NCBI RefSeq assembly: GCF_006345805.1
Contig: NC_042997.1
Location: 101,370,001-101,434,000 of the forward strand
Length of the DNA: 64,000 nucleotides
From: Octopus sinensis
Taxonomy: Eukaryota
Direction of reading: 5' to 3'
Under the pieces are notes generated by a model. That model did no database searches, had not been told where the DNA came from, and saw only the letters and a list, made by a program, of their open reading frames with translations. Position numbers and translations under genes: made by a program. Within the stretch, counting starts at the first letter, position 1. Each line of letters starts with the position of its first letter. Below are positions 51,170-63,387 of this stretch, piece after piece.

Positions 51170-51930
51170 CACATAGTTTACATAGTGTTAATATATTTTA
51201 AATGAAAGAGTATTGTAGTTGTCGACCAGTTTCACTGTCGCTTACCACGACATTGAAATTATTGTGATTTCGTATTTTCTTAAGAAGTTTTTAGTATGAA
51301 AGTTTGTGAATGAACCAACTAGTATGAAAATCTAATGGGAGGTAATTGGTGATAGTTGCTATTCAGGACAAGGAAAGCAATTGCTCATTTTGGGGGTTGG
51401 ATAAATAAATATACAAAACCTCACGAGCTAAAATGGTGAGATGAAATATGTACAGTGATGGATATGTGATTATGAATTAAAATATATACTGAGACCAAAG
51501 TTAGTTATGAGTTCACATTAGGCGTATTCTGTGTTTTTCGATAGATAAATGTTCTTTATTTAAACTTTCCCGTACAGAAATTGTTTCTTTGAACTGGTAG
51601 ATGGGTGAAACTGTGAAATTTGGTTGGAGATTCCCTGCACATGTGTTCACACAAAGGTATCTGTCTATACCTTGGGAAACGGATCTGTTCCTTATGTGGT
51701 GTGGTTCACTGTCTAAGTGACATACTTGCCTGTCTTATATAGTTGCGTCCACAACCAGTTATATCATAAATTATCGGATGCACAAGTGAAGTTGGTCTTA
51801 ATTGTAAAACTCTCTCCTTGTTTGAATTGGAATTCCGAGCCATCTAGTAGGTTGGGGCATGTTCCACAGTTTGGACGTTCACACTTTTTAAACATTGGTT
51901 TTGTGGTTGCTGTTTATAGCTTTGCATTTG
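51170..51930 (-). mobile_element. PLE (Neptune-type) GIY-YIG remnant and 3' region
   Basis: KKCERPNCGTCPNL, FTIKTNFTCASDNL, GCGRNYIRQ, HKEQIRFPRYRQIPLCEH, LNKEHL. A half hammerhead TGTCG..CGACA-GT-GAAACTGGTC lies near 51222-51252. Confidence 0.8.
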
Positions 51931-52349
51931 TCAACAAGGCTAAAATTAGTTTTTCCAAGTTTTCAATATATCGTAAAGTGTTTAACATAATTTTAGATTT
52001 AAAGGTTGGTTATCTAATTAATAATAAGACTTACATAAGACTTACATGACCTCAACAGGGGACATTTCAAATAATCTGAATTGAAGTATATCTCGCAAGA
52101 TTGATCAACCAATGTTTATAGGTAATTATAAATGCTTTCAGGCAGTGACAGTGAGGAATTTAAGGGAATTCCTATATTACACATTAAAGAGAATATGATT
52201 AGCACAGCCTAAAAGGTTTACAATACTATGACACAATTCCCATGTGTACATGTTTGAGTGATTGTGCGTTTATTAAGGTTTGTATTGGGCTGAATTATAT
52301 ATTAAAACCAGTGGAGCACTAACTGAATTATAATACATATGTATATATA

Positions 52350-52540
52350 TTCTTTAACATGTTTCATTCATTTGGTTGTGACCATGCAGGTGCATCACCT
52401 TTAGTCGAACAGATCGACATCAGGACTTATTCGTTGTAAGCCTAGTACTTATTCTATCGGTCTCTTTGGTCGAACCGCTAAGTCACGGGGATGTAACTAC
52501 ACCAGCATCGGTTGTCAAGCGATATTGGGGACAAACACAG
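52350..52540 (-). mobile_element. SINE family A 3' half
   Basis: Matches 58247-58445. Confidence 0.8.
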
Positions 52541-52564
52541 TCACACACACACGCACTCACACAA

Positions 52565-52639
<75 letters not shown>

Positions 52640-53276
52640 GCATCCATTTCAAATAAGTTTATCTTAATAATTTTCATGCGACTCTATCCTATGCTGTTCT
52701 CTCTCTCTCCCTTTCGTTTTCTCTCTCTTCCTTTCTCTAATTATTTTTCTCCCCTTCACTGTTTTCTATCTTTCTGTCTCTCTCTCTCTCTCCCGCTCCT
52801 TCTCCTTTACTCTCTCTCTCTCTCTCGTTGCTCACGCGTGACCGTCGTCCATCTTTCTTGTCCTTACGTAATCATTTTTCTTTTCCTCCAGTCTGTCGTA
52901 CAGACCACATGCATTCTTATCTGTCTCCTCTTCTATATTTTCCCTTGTCAATTTCTCCAGTGTTCGCTACCTTACCTCGTTTGGCCTAACGGCCCTTCGT
53001 GTTTATTTTCATTTGGTTTGTTGTATGTCTCCACTGTCCTGTTTTGCTACTAACTTTATTTTGGTTCGCGGGAGCAACTGTCTTTCGAAGTCTCATACTG
53101 TCGTTGAATGCTCGAAATGAGGAGTAGATAGACAGCCGACAACTAATGAAGGGTTGTTCTTTATGTTACTTGTCTTGTTTTCCATTTGTTTCTCTCGATG
53201 TTGCATATCCAAATTTGTCTTCGTATTTCATGTTGTTTACGTTTTGTGACGTCCTGTACGTATATATATATGCACG

Positions 53277-53308
<32 letters not shown>

Positions 53309-53411
53309 ATATATATATACATACATATATATATATGTATGCATGTACATATATGTATGTACATATGCATATATATATTTTATATTATTATATGAGTCAA
53401 CGTCACGCATC

Positions 53412-53500
<89 letters not shown>

Positions 53501-53560
53501 ATATATATATATAATATGGATGACTAATTCGCAATTTTACAACCTAAAGGTAGAAATACA

Positions 53561-53760
53561 TACGTCACTAAAGTGAACAAGGGCACTAATCAGCACCAGT
53601 ATTGCTAGAAATAAGAGTTAAAACAACTCTATAGCCAACAAAAGCACTATCTTAATGAGCTAACATGAGAGACTAGCTCTCTATGGCTATTGAGTTGTTT
53701 TGACTCTTATTTCTGGCTATATTGGTGCTGATCAGTGCCCTTGTTCACTTTAGTGACGTA
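53561..53760. repeat. Fold-back inverted repeat, ~77-bp arms
   Basis: TACGTCACTAAAGTGAACAAGGGCACT.ATCAGCACC.. at 53561-53637, mirrored at 53683-53760. Confidence 0.88.
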
Positions 53761-53772
53761 TACACACACACA

Positions 53773-53824
<52 letters not shown>

Positions 53825-53839
53825 CAAACACACATATGT

Positions 53840-53936
53840 ATACGACGGGCTTCTGTCAGTTTTCATCTAAATATACTCACAAGGTGTGGGTCAACCCGAG
53901 ACCATAAGAGAAGACACTTGCCCAAGGTGCCATGCA
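53840..53936 (-). mobile_element. SINE family A 5'-half fragment
   Basis: ACGACGGGCTTC..AGAAGACACTTGCCCAAGGTGCC. Confidence 0.75.
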
Positions 53937-55205
53937 GGGTAAAGAGGCATGGCTGATAGCAGCAGTAATGCATAATATGGAAGAAGAAGCGAAGATACTA
54001 AAGAGCCAATAAGTTGAACTAATGGGGTTATGGCCTTGAAATGGCCATACAAGTGAGTCTAAGGACTTACATGAAATTGCAGAGGAGATAATATTGACAG
54101 ATGACGTTAGACTGAGAGTGGTGGCGGAGTGCAGACCTCCAACATGCTACCAATGTAGGAAGAAGGAGCACATAAAGGCAAGGTTCCTCCAGAAGGAAAA
54201 TAAAGATGAGGAACAGCAGAAACAGCAGACTGTCGAACAAGAACAAAGTGCCTAAATGGCGGTACAAGAGGGTGAGGAAGCAGAAGAAGCTTTTACTGTG
54301 GTTAACAGAAGAAAGATGAAGGAACGCGTGAGCTCTCCGCCGGAGAGTCAGAAAGAGAAAAAGAAAAAGGAGGTAGAGACGGACACGAAAGAGTTCCGGC
54401 GGAATATAAGTACACCAGCTTCACCAACAAAAGATAGAGAAATGGAGGAAATACGCAGTATAACATTATCACCAACAAAAACGGAGGTGGACACAGGCAT
54501 TAGAGATTTTTTCCAGCGAGTGTGTGCAAAAGATACACCAACAGAAGATATAGACCTTAGAGATATTCTCCAGAGAGAATGCGAAAGTGAAGCACCAACA
54601 GAAGAACAGACTTTCCGGGACAGTACAGGTGCGTTACAAGAACGAAAAAATGAGAAACAGAAGAGGTGTAGGTATAGGTAGCATATGGTAACGTATGATA
54701 AAGGTACGGGTGCCGAAAGAAGAATAGCGAAATATAAAACAATAAGGGTGGAGTTGTCAGCGGAGAGATACACTGAAAGCGTTAAAGGAGTTTTAATGAA
54801 CAAGGAGAGATATGATAAGCTGAGGGATTTGTTTGGAAACGAAATTGGCCCACTGGGTGCAGAAGCAGAATTTGATGAACTGCTACTAGTTGTGGAATAC
54901 AAAGAATTAGAAACTTTAATGACTTCAAAACAAAAATTAAAATAATAGAATATAAATATAATGCTAATAGAAGAAAAAGTGGAAAAAGAAAGCGATTAAA
55001 AACTGTATGCAAAAACACTTAAAAACATTTAAAATGGTACTGCTTGAGAGTGAGGCTCAATGCAGCCATATCATTATCATTAATTTTATACATTTTATAC
55101 ATTTCATGCCATCCGTTTTATGTTTTTGTCCCCACTATGATGTTGTTTCTGTCCTTGTATTGTCCCCTCTGTGTTAGAGCCTAAGTGCTTTTTATAAAAA
55201 AAAAA
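53937..55205 (+). mobile_element. L1/Tx1-like ORF1 (gag-like) remnant followed directly by a 3' tail and poly(A)
   Basis: LRVVAECRPPTCYQCRKKEHIKA (degenerate CCHC knuckle), then a charged low-complexity ORF with FTVV.RRK (54256-54945). No ORF2; the tail at 55145-55205 ends in an A-run. Confidence 0.6.
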
Positions 55206-55747
55206 TTATACCTTGGCAGAACGGACGGTAATGTAGGAAACTTAAACTTTTTTGGCTCTATCTTGAAAACTATAGCCTTCTCTACATAAGGCGGCAATGC
55301 TTTGTCTCTTTCCATGTGATAAATTACTAGTCTTGCCGATATGTATGTTGATTCTTAGGAATTTCACTAATTTTAGTTTTAATAACTGAGCCTGAAAGAA
55401 ACAATAACACATTTAATGCAGTCATTAAGCGATGTTATCTCAACCGACAACACATAAGGAGCCTAAATAATTAAAATATACTGCAATGTTGCCAAAAAGT
55501 GGACGCTAAAATGATTTCGGCAACATTCCCAAATAGGCTTGCCCTCAACGAATATGACTGTCTGCATCTAAAATATGTATAAATAGTGTTATTCCATATT
55601 GAATAAACCCCAAACTTTATGCACTATGTTATTCCATATTTTTATACCCAAAAATTATCTAAATTGATGATATTGAACTAAAAATTCCCTTTTGAAACAA
55701 ACCTTAGTAGGTGATCTTAAACTTTTAAAAAGTAGTGTGTGTGTGTG

Positions 55748-55863
<116 letters not shown>

Positions 55864-55864
55864 A

Positions 55865-56670
55865 AAGGTGGGGAAATGTCCTGGACCTCTGCTTCACAAA
55901 TAACGCGCCGCTCATCCATAGTGTTATGGTGACACCGACTATTTTCTCGGGTCATAATTTAATAGAACTAGCAATGTATGGTCCGCAGAAGACTACAGAC
56001 ATGCAGACCAATAGAAGCGCCCAACTCCTCTCCAGCTGAACTGTTACAAAGCTGATTGGAAGGGTATTGGGAAAGATGTCATGGAACAAAACGGTCTACC
56101 AGTGTCTCTATGCAAGATAGATCTGTAAAAGAATCTGTTTCAGCACGGTACAAGACAGGGCTACTGTTCGAAGAAAATGACTCATCGATTTCACTGAAAT
56201 ATTGAATGTACATTACCAGAGTGTTTTCACTTCTCCCTTGGGACACTTGCAAGTAGCTATGCGTGATGAGTTCCTCGGCACCACAGCTCTACACAAAGAA
56301 ATGGCAATTATTGATAGCATCAAAATAAAGGAAGCAAATGTAATACCAGCCGTTTATGAAATAATCTCAAACTCAGCCCTAATGGATTTCCAGCAATCCT
56401 CTTAAAGAAATGCAAAGGGGCTCTTGCAAGACCGCTTCAGATTCTCTTCCAGAGCTTCCTCGCAACTGGGAGACTTCCCAAAAAGTTAAAGGAAGGCATA
56501 ATATGTCCTATCCATAATGGAAGTAGCAGAGCAGATGCTATATTTTATAGACCTGTCTCTCTAACCTCCCATGTCAGCAAAGTTGTGGAACACACTGTCA
56601 GGCAGAAACTGATTGCGTTCCTTTGAAGACAATGACTTGCTCCCTGACACCCAGCAGTTTTGCTCAGGCA
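55865..56670 (+). mobile_element. CR1-group LINE ORF2 fragment (APE end and RT start)
   Basis: GNVLDLCFTN..SGHNLI, KADW, EILN..YQSVFT, GFPAILLKKC..LARPL.ILF, YRPVSLTSHVSKVVE. Confidence 0.8.
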
Positions 56671-56689
56671 AAGAGACCGAGCAGAACTG

Positions 56690-57460
56690 TTTCACTTTGT
56701 TGTGCCGAATAAGATGCAGATTCTACTGGAAAGTGTACTTAGTGATGCGTAGCTAAACTTCGCGCGATCTCAAGGTTGTAAGTGATCAGATATTTTTGCT
56801 TAGATATTTTATAGACATCGAATTTATACAGCCCTTGATCATGACTTTTATAAAGGCAGAAAAAGCCTTTGACAGCGCACATGGGGTTAGAGCTTTTTAG
56901 GTACTTACTGTAACATGGCTTACCGGAAAATGCCGGTCTAGTTGATATTGAGGAAATAAATGTCCAGTAAACACATAGACGTTAGATTTCAAATACATTT
57001 GAAGTTTGGAAAGGTGTGCAGCAGGGAAGAGTATTATGGCGTCTTTGTTTTGCTGCTGTAATATACTACGTCATGAAGGAAACAATCAAAAGTAGAGAAG
57101 GAGTTAAATAGATTTATGAGAAATATTAAAAGTTTTGGATTACACTGATGACATTACTGTGCTTAGTAATGAAACATTAAAATTTCAAAGAATAATATAC
57201 CATCTTGATAAGATAAGCAAAGGTGTGGGCTTAAACGTAAGCACTAGTAAAACTAAAATTTTGAAATACTGATCAAGTGGATAGGAGAAATATGACATTG
57301 AAATTGTATATACTCTAAACAGTGAAATAGGTTTAACTATCTTGGAACTTAGAGGTACTTAGAAACCGGTTTTAAGCAATAGGAATAAGTTGTGGAAACC
57401 ATATAGATTAGTAATTCATACGAAAAGTAAGCGCCGTATACATCAGCAATAAACAATTAT
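56690..57460 (+). mobile_element. Degenerate RTE-like RT fragment
   Basis: DQIF, EKAFDS, KGVQQG, LDYTDDITVLS, VGLNVSTSKTKI. Confidence 0.7.
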
Positions 57461-57479
57461 GCAATTTTGGAAGATATAT

Positions 57480-57652
<173 letters not shown>

Positions 57653-57739
57653 TGTGTGTGTGTGTGTATGTGTGCGTGTGTGTGTGTATGTGTGTGTGTG
57701 TGGGTGCGTGTGTGTGTATAAGTATGTATATGTATATAT

Positions 57740-57930
57740 AGTGAATCCAAACAAAGAAGACCAAACAAAAAAAACAATATCGCGAGGACGTGGTACAAGT
57801 ACTGTATTATCAGACGCTCAGGAAAGGAAGGAAAGAAGATTTAACGTTTCTAGCCAAGCTCTTCTTCAGAAATAGAGGGAAGTCCAAAGGAAGGGAAGAA
57901 GGAGGAAGAAAATCGCCAACGATACACACA
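57740..57930 (-). mobile_element. Hammerhead cassette family H1 (ribozyme 57839-57873)
   Basis: attt-CTGAAGA-A-GAGC ttg GCTA-GAA-ACGT-T-aaat; colinear with 9343-9538. Confidence 0.72.
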
Positions 57931-58246
57931 CACGAGAAAATTAACCAGAAAATATAAATATTATGATTTCAAGTGATATCTCTGACGTGTCAGATTCATG
58001 AAAGGACATGAGTTACGTGAGCAAACAAGATCAAGGATTGGCCAGCGAATGCCTGACGAATATGTAACTGGGTAAAAAAAAAATTCATAGATTTATCATC
58101 GCAGGAAAAAGCAAATGAATATTTTAAAATGTCTTACTTTCAGAAGATGGGTACTCGCCTTGCATTTTACAATCCATCTAATAAAACTGTAAATACTAAA
58201 AATTCTAAAAACATTATTGCCAAACAACCAAAGTCATTAGTATCTC

Positions 58247-58463
58247 TCTTTTACTCTTTTACTTGTTTCAGTCATTTGACTGCGGCCATGCTGGAGCACC
58301 GCCTTTAGTCGAGCAACTCGACCCCGGGACTTATTCTTTTTTTGTAAGCCCAGTACTTATTCTATCGGTCTGTTTTTGCCGAACCGCTAAGTGACGGGGA
58401 CGTAAACACACCAGCATCGGTTGTCAAGCAATGCTAGAAGGACAAACACAGACACACAAACAA

Positions 58464-58528
<65 letters not shown>

Positions 58529-58693
58529 TACGACAGGCTTCTTTCAGTTTCCGTCTACCAAATCCACTCACAAGGCTTTGGTCGGCCCGAGGCTATAGCA
58601 GAAGACACTTGCCCAAGGTACCACGCAGTGGGACTGAACCCGGAACCATGTGGTTGGTTAGCAAGCTACTTACCACACAGCCACTCCTGCGCC
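58247..58693 (-). mobile_element. SINE family A, full-length reference copy
   Basis: GGCGCAGGAGTGGCTGTGTGG (A box), GGTTCAGTCCC (B box), CORE-like ACCTTGGGCAAGTGTC, internal (TA)n(TG)n, and LINE-like tail ending GAAACAAGTAAAAGAGTAAAAGA. Confidence 0.93.
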
Positions 58694-59199
58694 TATGTTT
58701 CTATAACCAAACCTTCAATATCATATGCATGGGAAATGGAATAGAGACAAGAATGGTTCAACACAGTATGAATTTATTACTACTTTAAGGCGTACTTGTC
58801 TGTGGGTTTCGAAGATATCAAGAGATGCAGTGAAAGAAGAGATCAAATTTTGTAAGAAGTACAGTGTTTTACACTGCATGGAAAATGAAATGGTTTATGG
58901 AAAATGTGAGAATAACAAAGTTCCATTGATAGAAGCAGCGAGGAACTTGAATGTTTCATTTTCCAATATAGCAACAGCGAAAATGATATTCAAAAACATC
59001 GACGATGACAAAGGCAAATGATAAAAATATAACTATTTTTCCTTATACTTATGCATAATTTTTAAATGTACAAAAGATAATCATTTTGCTTGAGTTCATT
59101 CTTTCGTTTGTTTTAATTTTTTTATTATTATTACTATTATTATTTATTTCTTTTTTTTCTGTTTGAGAAATGTGTTTTATACGCTTTTTCTATTTGAGA

Positions 59200-59409
59200 A
59201 ATACATTTTATACGAATTTTTTTTTATCCGAAATTCTGAAATCGCAATATTTTTTCGATAAATGTAGGTTATTCATAATGCGAATATGGCATAAAAATTC
59301 ACATTTTGAAAAATGGAATTCGTTATTAGCGTGAATCTAATAAAAAAAAAATTTTTTTCAAATTTTTCTCCTAAAATTAAGACGCATATTATACACCGGC
59401 AAAAACAGT
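59200..59409. mobile_element. Possible pogo/Tc2-like transposon end
   Basis: GCATATTATACACCGGCAAAAACAG resembles the reverse of a CCGTATTTTCCGG.GTATAA-type TIR; no partner TIR found. Confidence 0.35.
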
Positions 59410-59448
59410 CTCTTTCTGTCTCTCTTTGTCTGTCTGTCTCTCTCTCTG

Positions 59449-59483
<35 letters not shown>

Positions 59484-59576
59484 GACGCACTCGCACACAC
59501 ACATATACACACATTTTGACTCACAGTGTGATTCTTCTATTTCGGTTTATACTTATTAACATTCATATCTCTCTCT

Positions 59577-59633
<57 letters not shown>

Positions 59634-59789
59634 GTCCTTTGGTTGGTTTAAATTGCTTTGGTGGTACTTTTTCACCAAATAATTGAACTACTGAGAAGGT
59701 TTGTGAGTTGCACGGCAATCTGTGTTTCCGATTATCCTAGGAACGGAAAACCAAACTGAAGGCTGGTTCTTGTGGAGGTCGTTGCATTT

Positions 59790-60090
59790 TAATGATCATC
59801 ATCATCATCCTAGTCAGGTGTCACACTATGCGATGCTGTGGTCATCACGATGTCTTGTCACCTTGGACAGCTGAGAATAAAGACAATCCTGTGACTGTGA
59901 TGTCTTTCAGCCAAGAAGTGGGTGGTCTGCCTCTTTTACATAATAATAATGAAATTATTGTATACAGTGCTCAGGTGCACCACAAGAAATTACGTCTGCC
60001 GTTCACCTTACCAGTTATGATCGTTCGCTCAAATCCATCCCAGCGCATGACGTGGCCAAAGAACCGTAGCTTACGCTTCATGATCATAGA
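59790..60090 (-). mobile_element. RTE LINE extreme 3' fragment with (GAT)n tail
   Basis: IMKRKLRFFGHVMRWDGFERTIITGKVNGRR, followed by TGACACCTGACTAG(GAT)n. Confidence 0.75.
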
Positions 60091-60876
60091 ACATATAATC
60101 TTGCAAGCGATACAAAGTAGAGTTACTGAAGTATTTTTGGAGCAGATTACGGATAATGACTACAAAATATAGTTGTTTTAATTGAAAGTGAAATTTCTTG
60201 TCAGAAACAGCCACATAAATGGTGCAAGGAAGTTAATTCAGCGAGTTAATTTTATTCAAGAGCAAAGGGAGCTATTTTTTCGGAGAGATGTACGATTGGT
60301 ACGTTAAAAAATGGCAATATAATACCGACTTGAAAAAGTAGAGTTATTTACAACATGCTTACAGTGTACGACTACTCTGAAATTGACTTCAGGTAACGAA
60401 AAAGGAAGACATGAAGAGTTTGACTTCAGTTCACGAATACTGCTTTGAATCTTTAGCAGTTCGCAGTGAATAGATCTCGCGTTCGAAATACCATACTGGA
60501 TGAGTAAAAAAGTATCCTTAAAGTGAAACAACGCATTGGTAGGTATACAAAGGTATCAACAAATAGAAGAGACGGACGGGAACATCGCCTTTCAAGTAAC
60601 TCAGAATAGGTAACGGTAAGTTTGCCGAAGTTCAATGCAGTTTAAATATGGAGAATAAAATTGTTTGGTATTAGATAGTCATCGTGTACAATGTTCCTAG
60701 TCAATTTAATCACCGTCGCAGGTGGACAGTCGAAACAGATAAATAAATAAATAAATAGACAAGATCCTTTCACTTTTATAATATTCTCTAACCAAGTAAT
60801 AATAGGCAGCTACAACATATAAATAAATAATAACAGGTGGACATCCGAAATAAATAAATAGACAAAATCCTTTCAC

Positions 60877-61224
60877 GGATCTTATCGGTTTGGCTACCAG
60901 CATTTCAAAAATTAAAGTTTACCGAAAATTTTAAAATTTGGCACAATAATACACTTCTCGAAACTGAATTGCTGGAGTTATTTCATTTTTTCCAGAAAAA
61001 ATGTTTTAAAAAAGTTATAGGGGTTTAAAGTTTTCTCATTTTCATCTAGTTAGGAAACAGGATTTGGAAGCTGTCATTTTGTGCGTGACTGCACATTTTG
61101 TTGTCAACATCCTGAAGATAGCGGGTGTTGTCAATATTTGTAAAACCTATAAAAGTGTATCATTACAGTGAATATGAAATCAATTCGAACTGAATTGATG
61201 CTGGCAGCCAAACTGATACGATCC
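60877..61224. mobile_element. MITE with 26-bp TIRs
   Basis: GGATCTTATCGGTTTGGCTACCAGCA versus reverse-complement GGATCGTATCAGTTTGGCTGCCAGCA. Confidence 0.75.
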
Positions 61225-61689
61225 TTTAGCTGGCATATCTTTAAATTAACGTAAACATTTATTTACACGAAAGAAAATTACTTTCATTTAATTCTTCCAA
61301 ATCTTTCTATTAAAAATTGTAATATGTTCATCGCATGTAACGTGTTGTTTATCGCATTTGCATTAAATGCATATTGAATGCTTAAATGTTTGTCTACTCG
61401 TTTCTTTTTGTCATTGAGCATTAAGGTGGTTGTGTTGTGTGCTAAAAATAGCAGCTAAATAAGATTTTTGGGATAAATCTTTTAAATTAACATAAACATT
61501 TATTTAAATGAAAGAAAATTACCGGAGACATAACACATATTGTTTACAAATATTGACAACACGGGCTATTTTTAGGATATTGACGACAAAATGTGGCCTT
61601 AACCACCTTCCATACATTGTTCCTTTCTGTGTCAGATTTTGGATGGTGCATCCTAAATCCTTGTCATTATTTTTATTGTTTTCCAGTCT

Positions 61690-63262
61690 ATTTTGTTTAG
61701 TTCATTTAGAGTCCAGTTAAAAATATTGAAGAAGCTGTAACTTATAATTGGGACGGCTAGATTGCTGATACCTATTATCTTGTTTTTCGCATTGAGCTCG
61801 TCTATAGTAGTCCTTTTTTATCTTCTCTTTCATTTGTGTGTGTTGTATTGTATCTAGTTCATTGATTCCTATATTTGTATGTCTGGCTTTGGTCTAATTC
61901 TCTTATTTCATTCGCTTTACCTAGTGTGATATTGCTACGCATAACTAGTTTTCCTCTTTTCAATGTTACTTTGGCACATTTTTCTAAGCTAAGTTTCATG
62001 TTTCTTTCTTTAGTAAATCCATGTACTTTCTGTAATAATGTTTCCAACTGCTTATCATTTGTAGCGCACAGTTTTAGATTATCCATATAGAAAAGATAGT
62101 TGATTGCTTTGCCATAACAGTTATATCCACATCCAGTTCTGTTTAATATGTCAGATAAAGGCGTCAGTGCCAAGCAGAAAAGTAGAGGTGAGCGCATGTC
62201 TCTCCGAAGAGAGCGAGTCTCTCCTCTTCTAATGGGAATGGCTTTGGTTTTTATGAATCTCTCTTTTGTCTGGAGCTGTCTGTCAATTTATTTATGTAAT
62301 GTTTTATATATTTTATGATTATCGGTGCTACATTGTTCATGGCTCGTGTTCCTAGGATTCATGTGTGGAGAATACTATCAAAAGCCTTTCGGTAATCGAT
62401 CCAGGCCATACTTAGACCTTTCTGCGACTGTCTTCAGTTATGGCTTTATTGGTCAGTTGCTGATCTTTACACTCATATGAGCCCTTGCAGCATCCCTTCT
62501 GTTCATCTGGAAACAGGTTGTTTTCTTCAAATGTTTGTCCATTCTCTGCGATATTATTGCAGTAAAGGCATTGTAAATTGTAAGGAGACAAGTTATCGGT
62601 CTGTAATTTTGTGGGTTTGCCGTTTCAGTGGATATGGGAATTAGGATAGTTTTCCCTTTGCAGAGCCATTTGGGCATCGTCTCTGACTCTGCTTGTATTG
62701 CATTAAATTTTTCAGCCAGCTTTTTATATGTTCTTGTTAGGTATTTTAACCAGTAGTTAGGGATCTTGTCGTGCCCGGGTGTCTTCCAGTTGCTTAGTTT
62801 TTGCAGTGCCTGGGTGACCTCTTCAGTTGTTATAGGGGTCCAGAGTAGTTCAGGTGGTGAGTTCGTTGTTTTGATAGATCTTTTCTGAGGTTGTTCTTTC
62901 GCCAACCATATTTCTTTCCAAAATTCATCCACTTCTGTGGCTGTTGGCGCTGCATTGATGTCTATTTTATTTTTGCCAAGTTCTTGGTAGAATCTTTTGA
63001 GGTTGGAGTTGAACTGTTCGTTTTGTTCAAAGAAACGTTAGCATTTCTCATACCGGTGGATTCTTTATGCTTTGGTGAGGATATCTTGCTTTAGCTGTTC
63101 TCTTACCTCAGTATACCTTGTTCTGTAATTTTGTATTTACGTAGTATTTTTCTTCTTTTCTTGTTGCTTAGTAGTGTTGATTGTCTCCTAGTTTCATTAA
63201 GGATTGACAGATCCTTATTCTTATTTTCTATTTTTTCGGGATATTATTTATCCACATGGTTT
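61690..63262 (-). mobile_element. R4/Dong-like non-LTR retrotransposon RT region, pseudogenised
   Basis: EFWKEIW, NWKTPGHDKIPNYWLK, PKWLCKGKTILIP, NYRPITCL, AWIDYRKAFDS, SPLLFCLALTPLS, YLFYMDNLKL, LEKCAK. Confidence 0.88.
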
Positions 63263-63267
63263 TCTCG

Positions 63268-63273
63268 TCATCA

Positions 63274-63318
<45 letters not shown>

Positions 63319-63340
63319 TATTATTATTATTATTATTATT

Positions 63341-63372
<32 letters not shown>

Positions 63373-63386
63373 TATTATTATTATTT
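63268..63386. repeat. (TTA)n/(TCA)n microsatellite
   Basis: Directly visible; reads (TAA)n on the minus strand. Confidence 0.95.
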
Positions 63387-63387
63387 A

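Noticed and set aside
53602-53629. Resemblance of GCTAGAAATA..GTTAAAA to the Cas9 sgRNA scaffold
   Set aside because: Short, imperfect match. The sgRNA GAAA loop is engineered, there is no cas gene or array, and the context is eukaryotic repeats.
58725-59021. 98-aa non-repetitive ORF
   Set aside because: No motif or splice evidence I can recognise; may be a transposon remnant and needs a database search.
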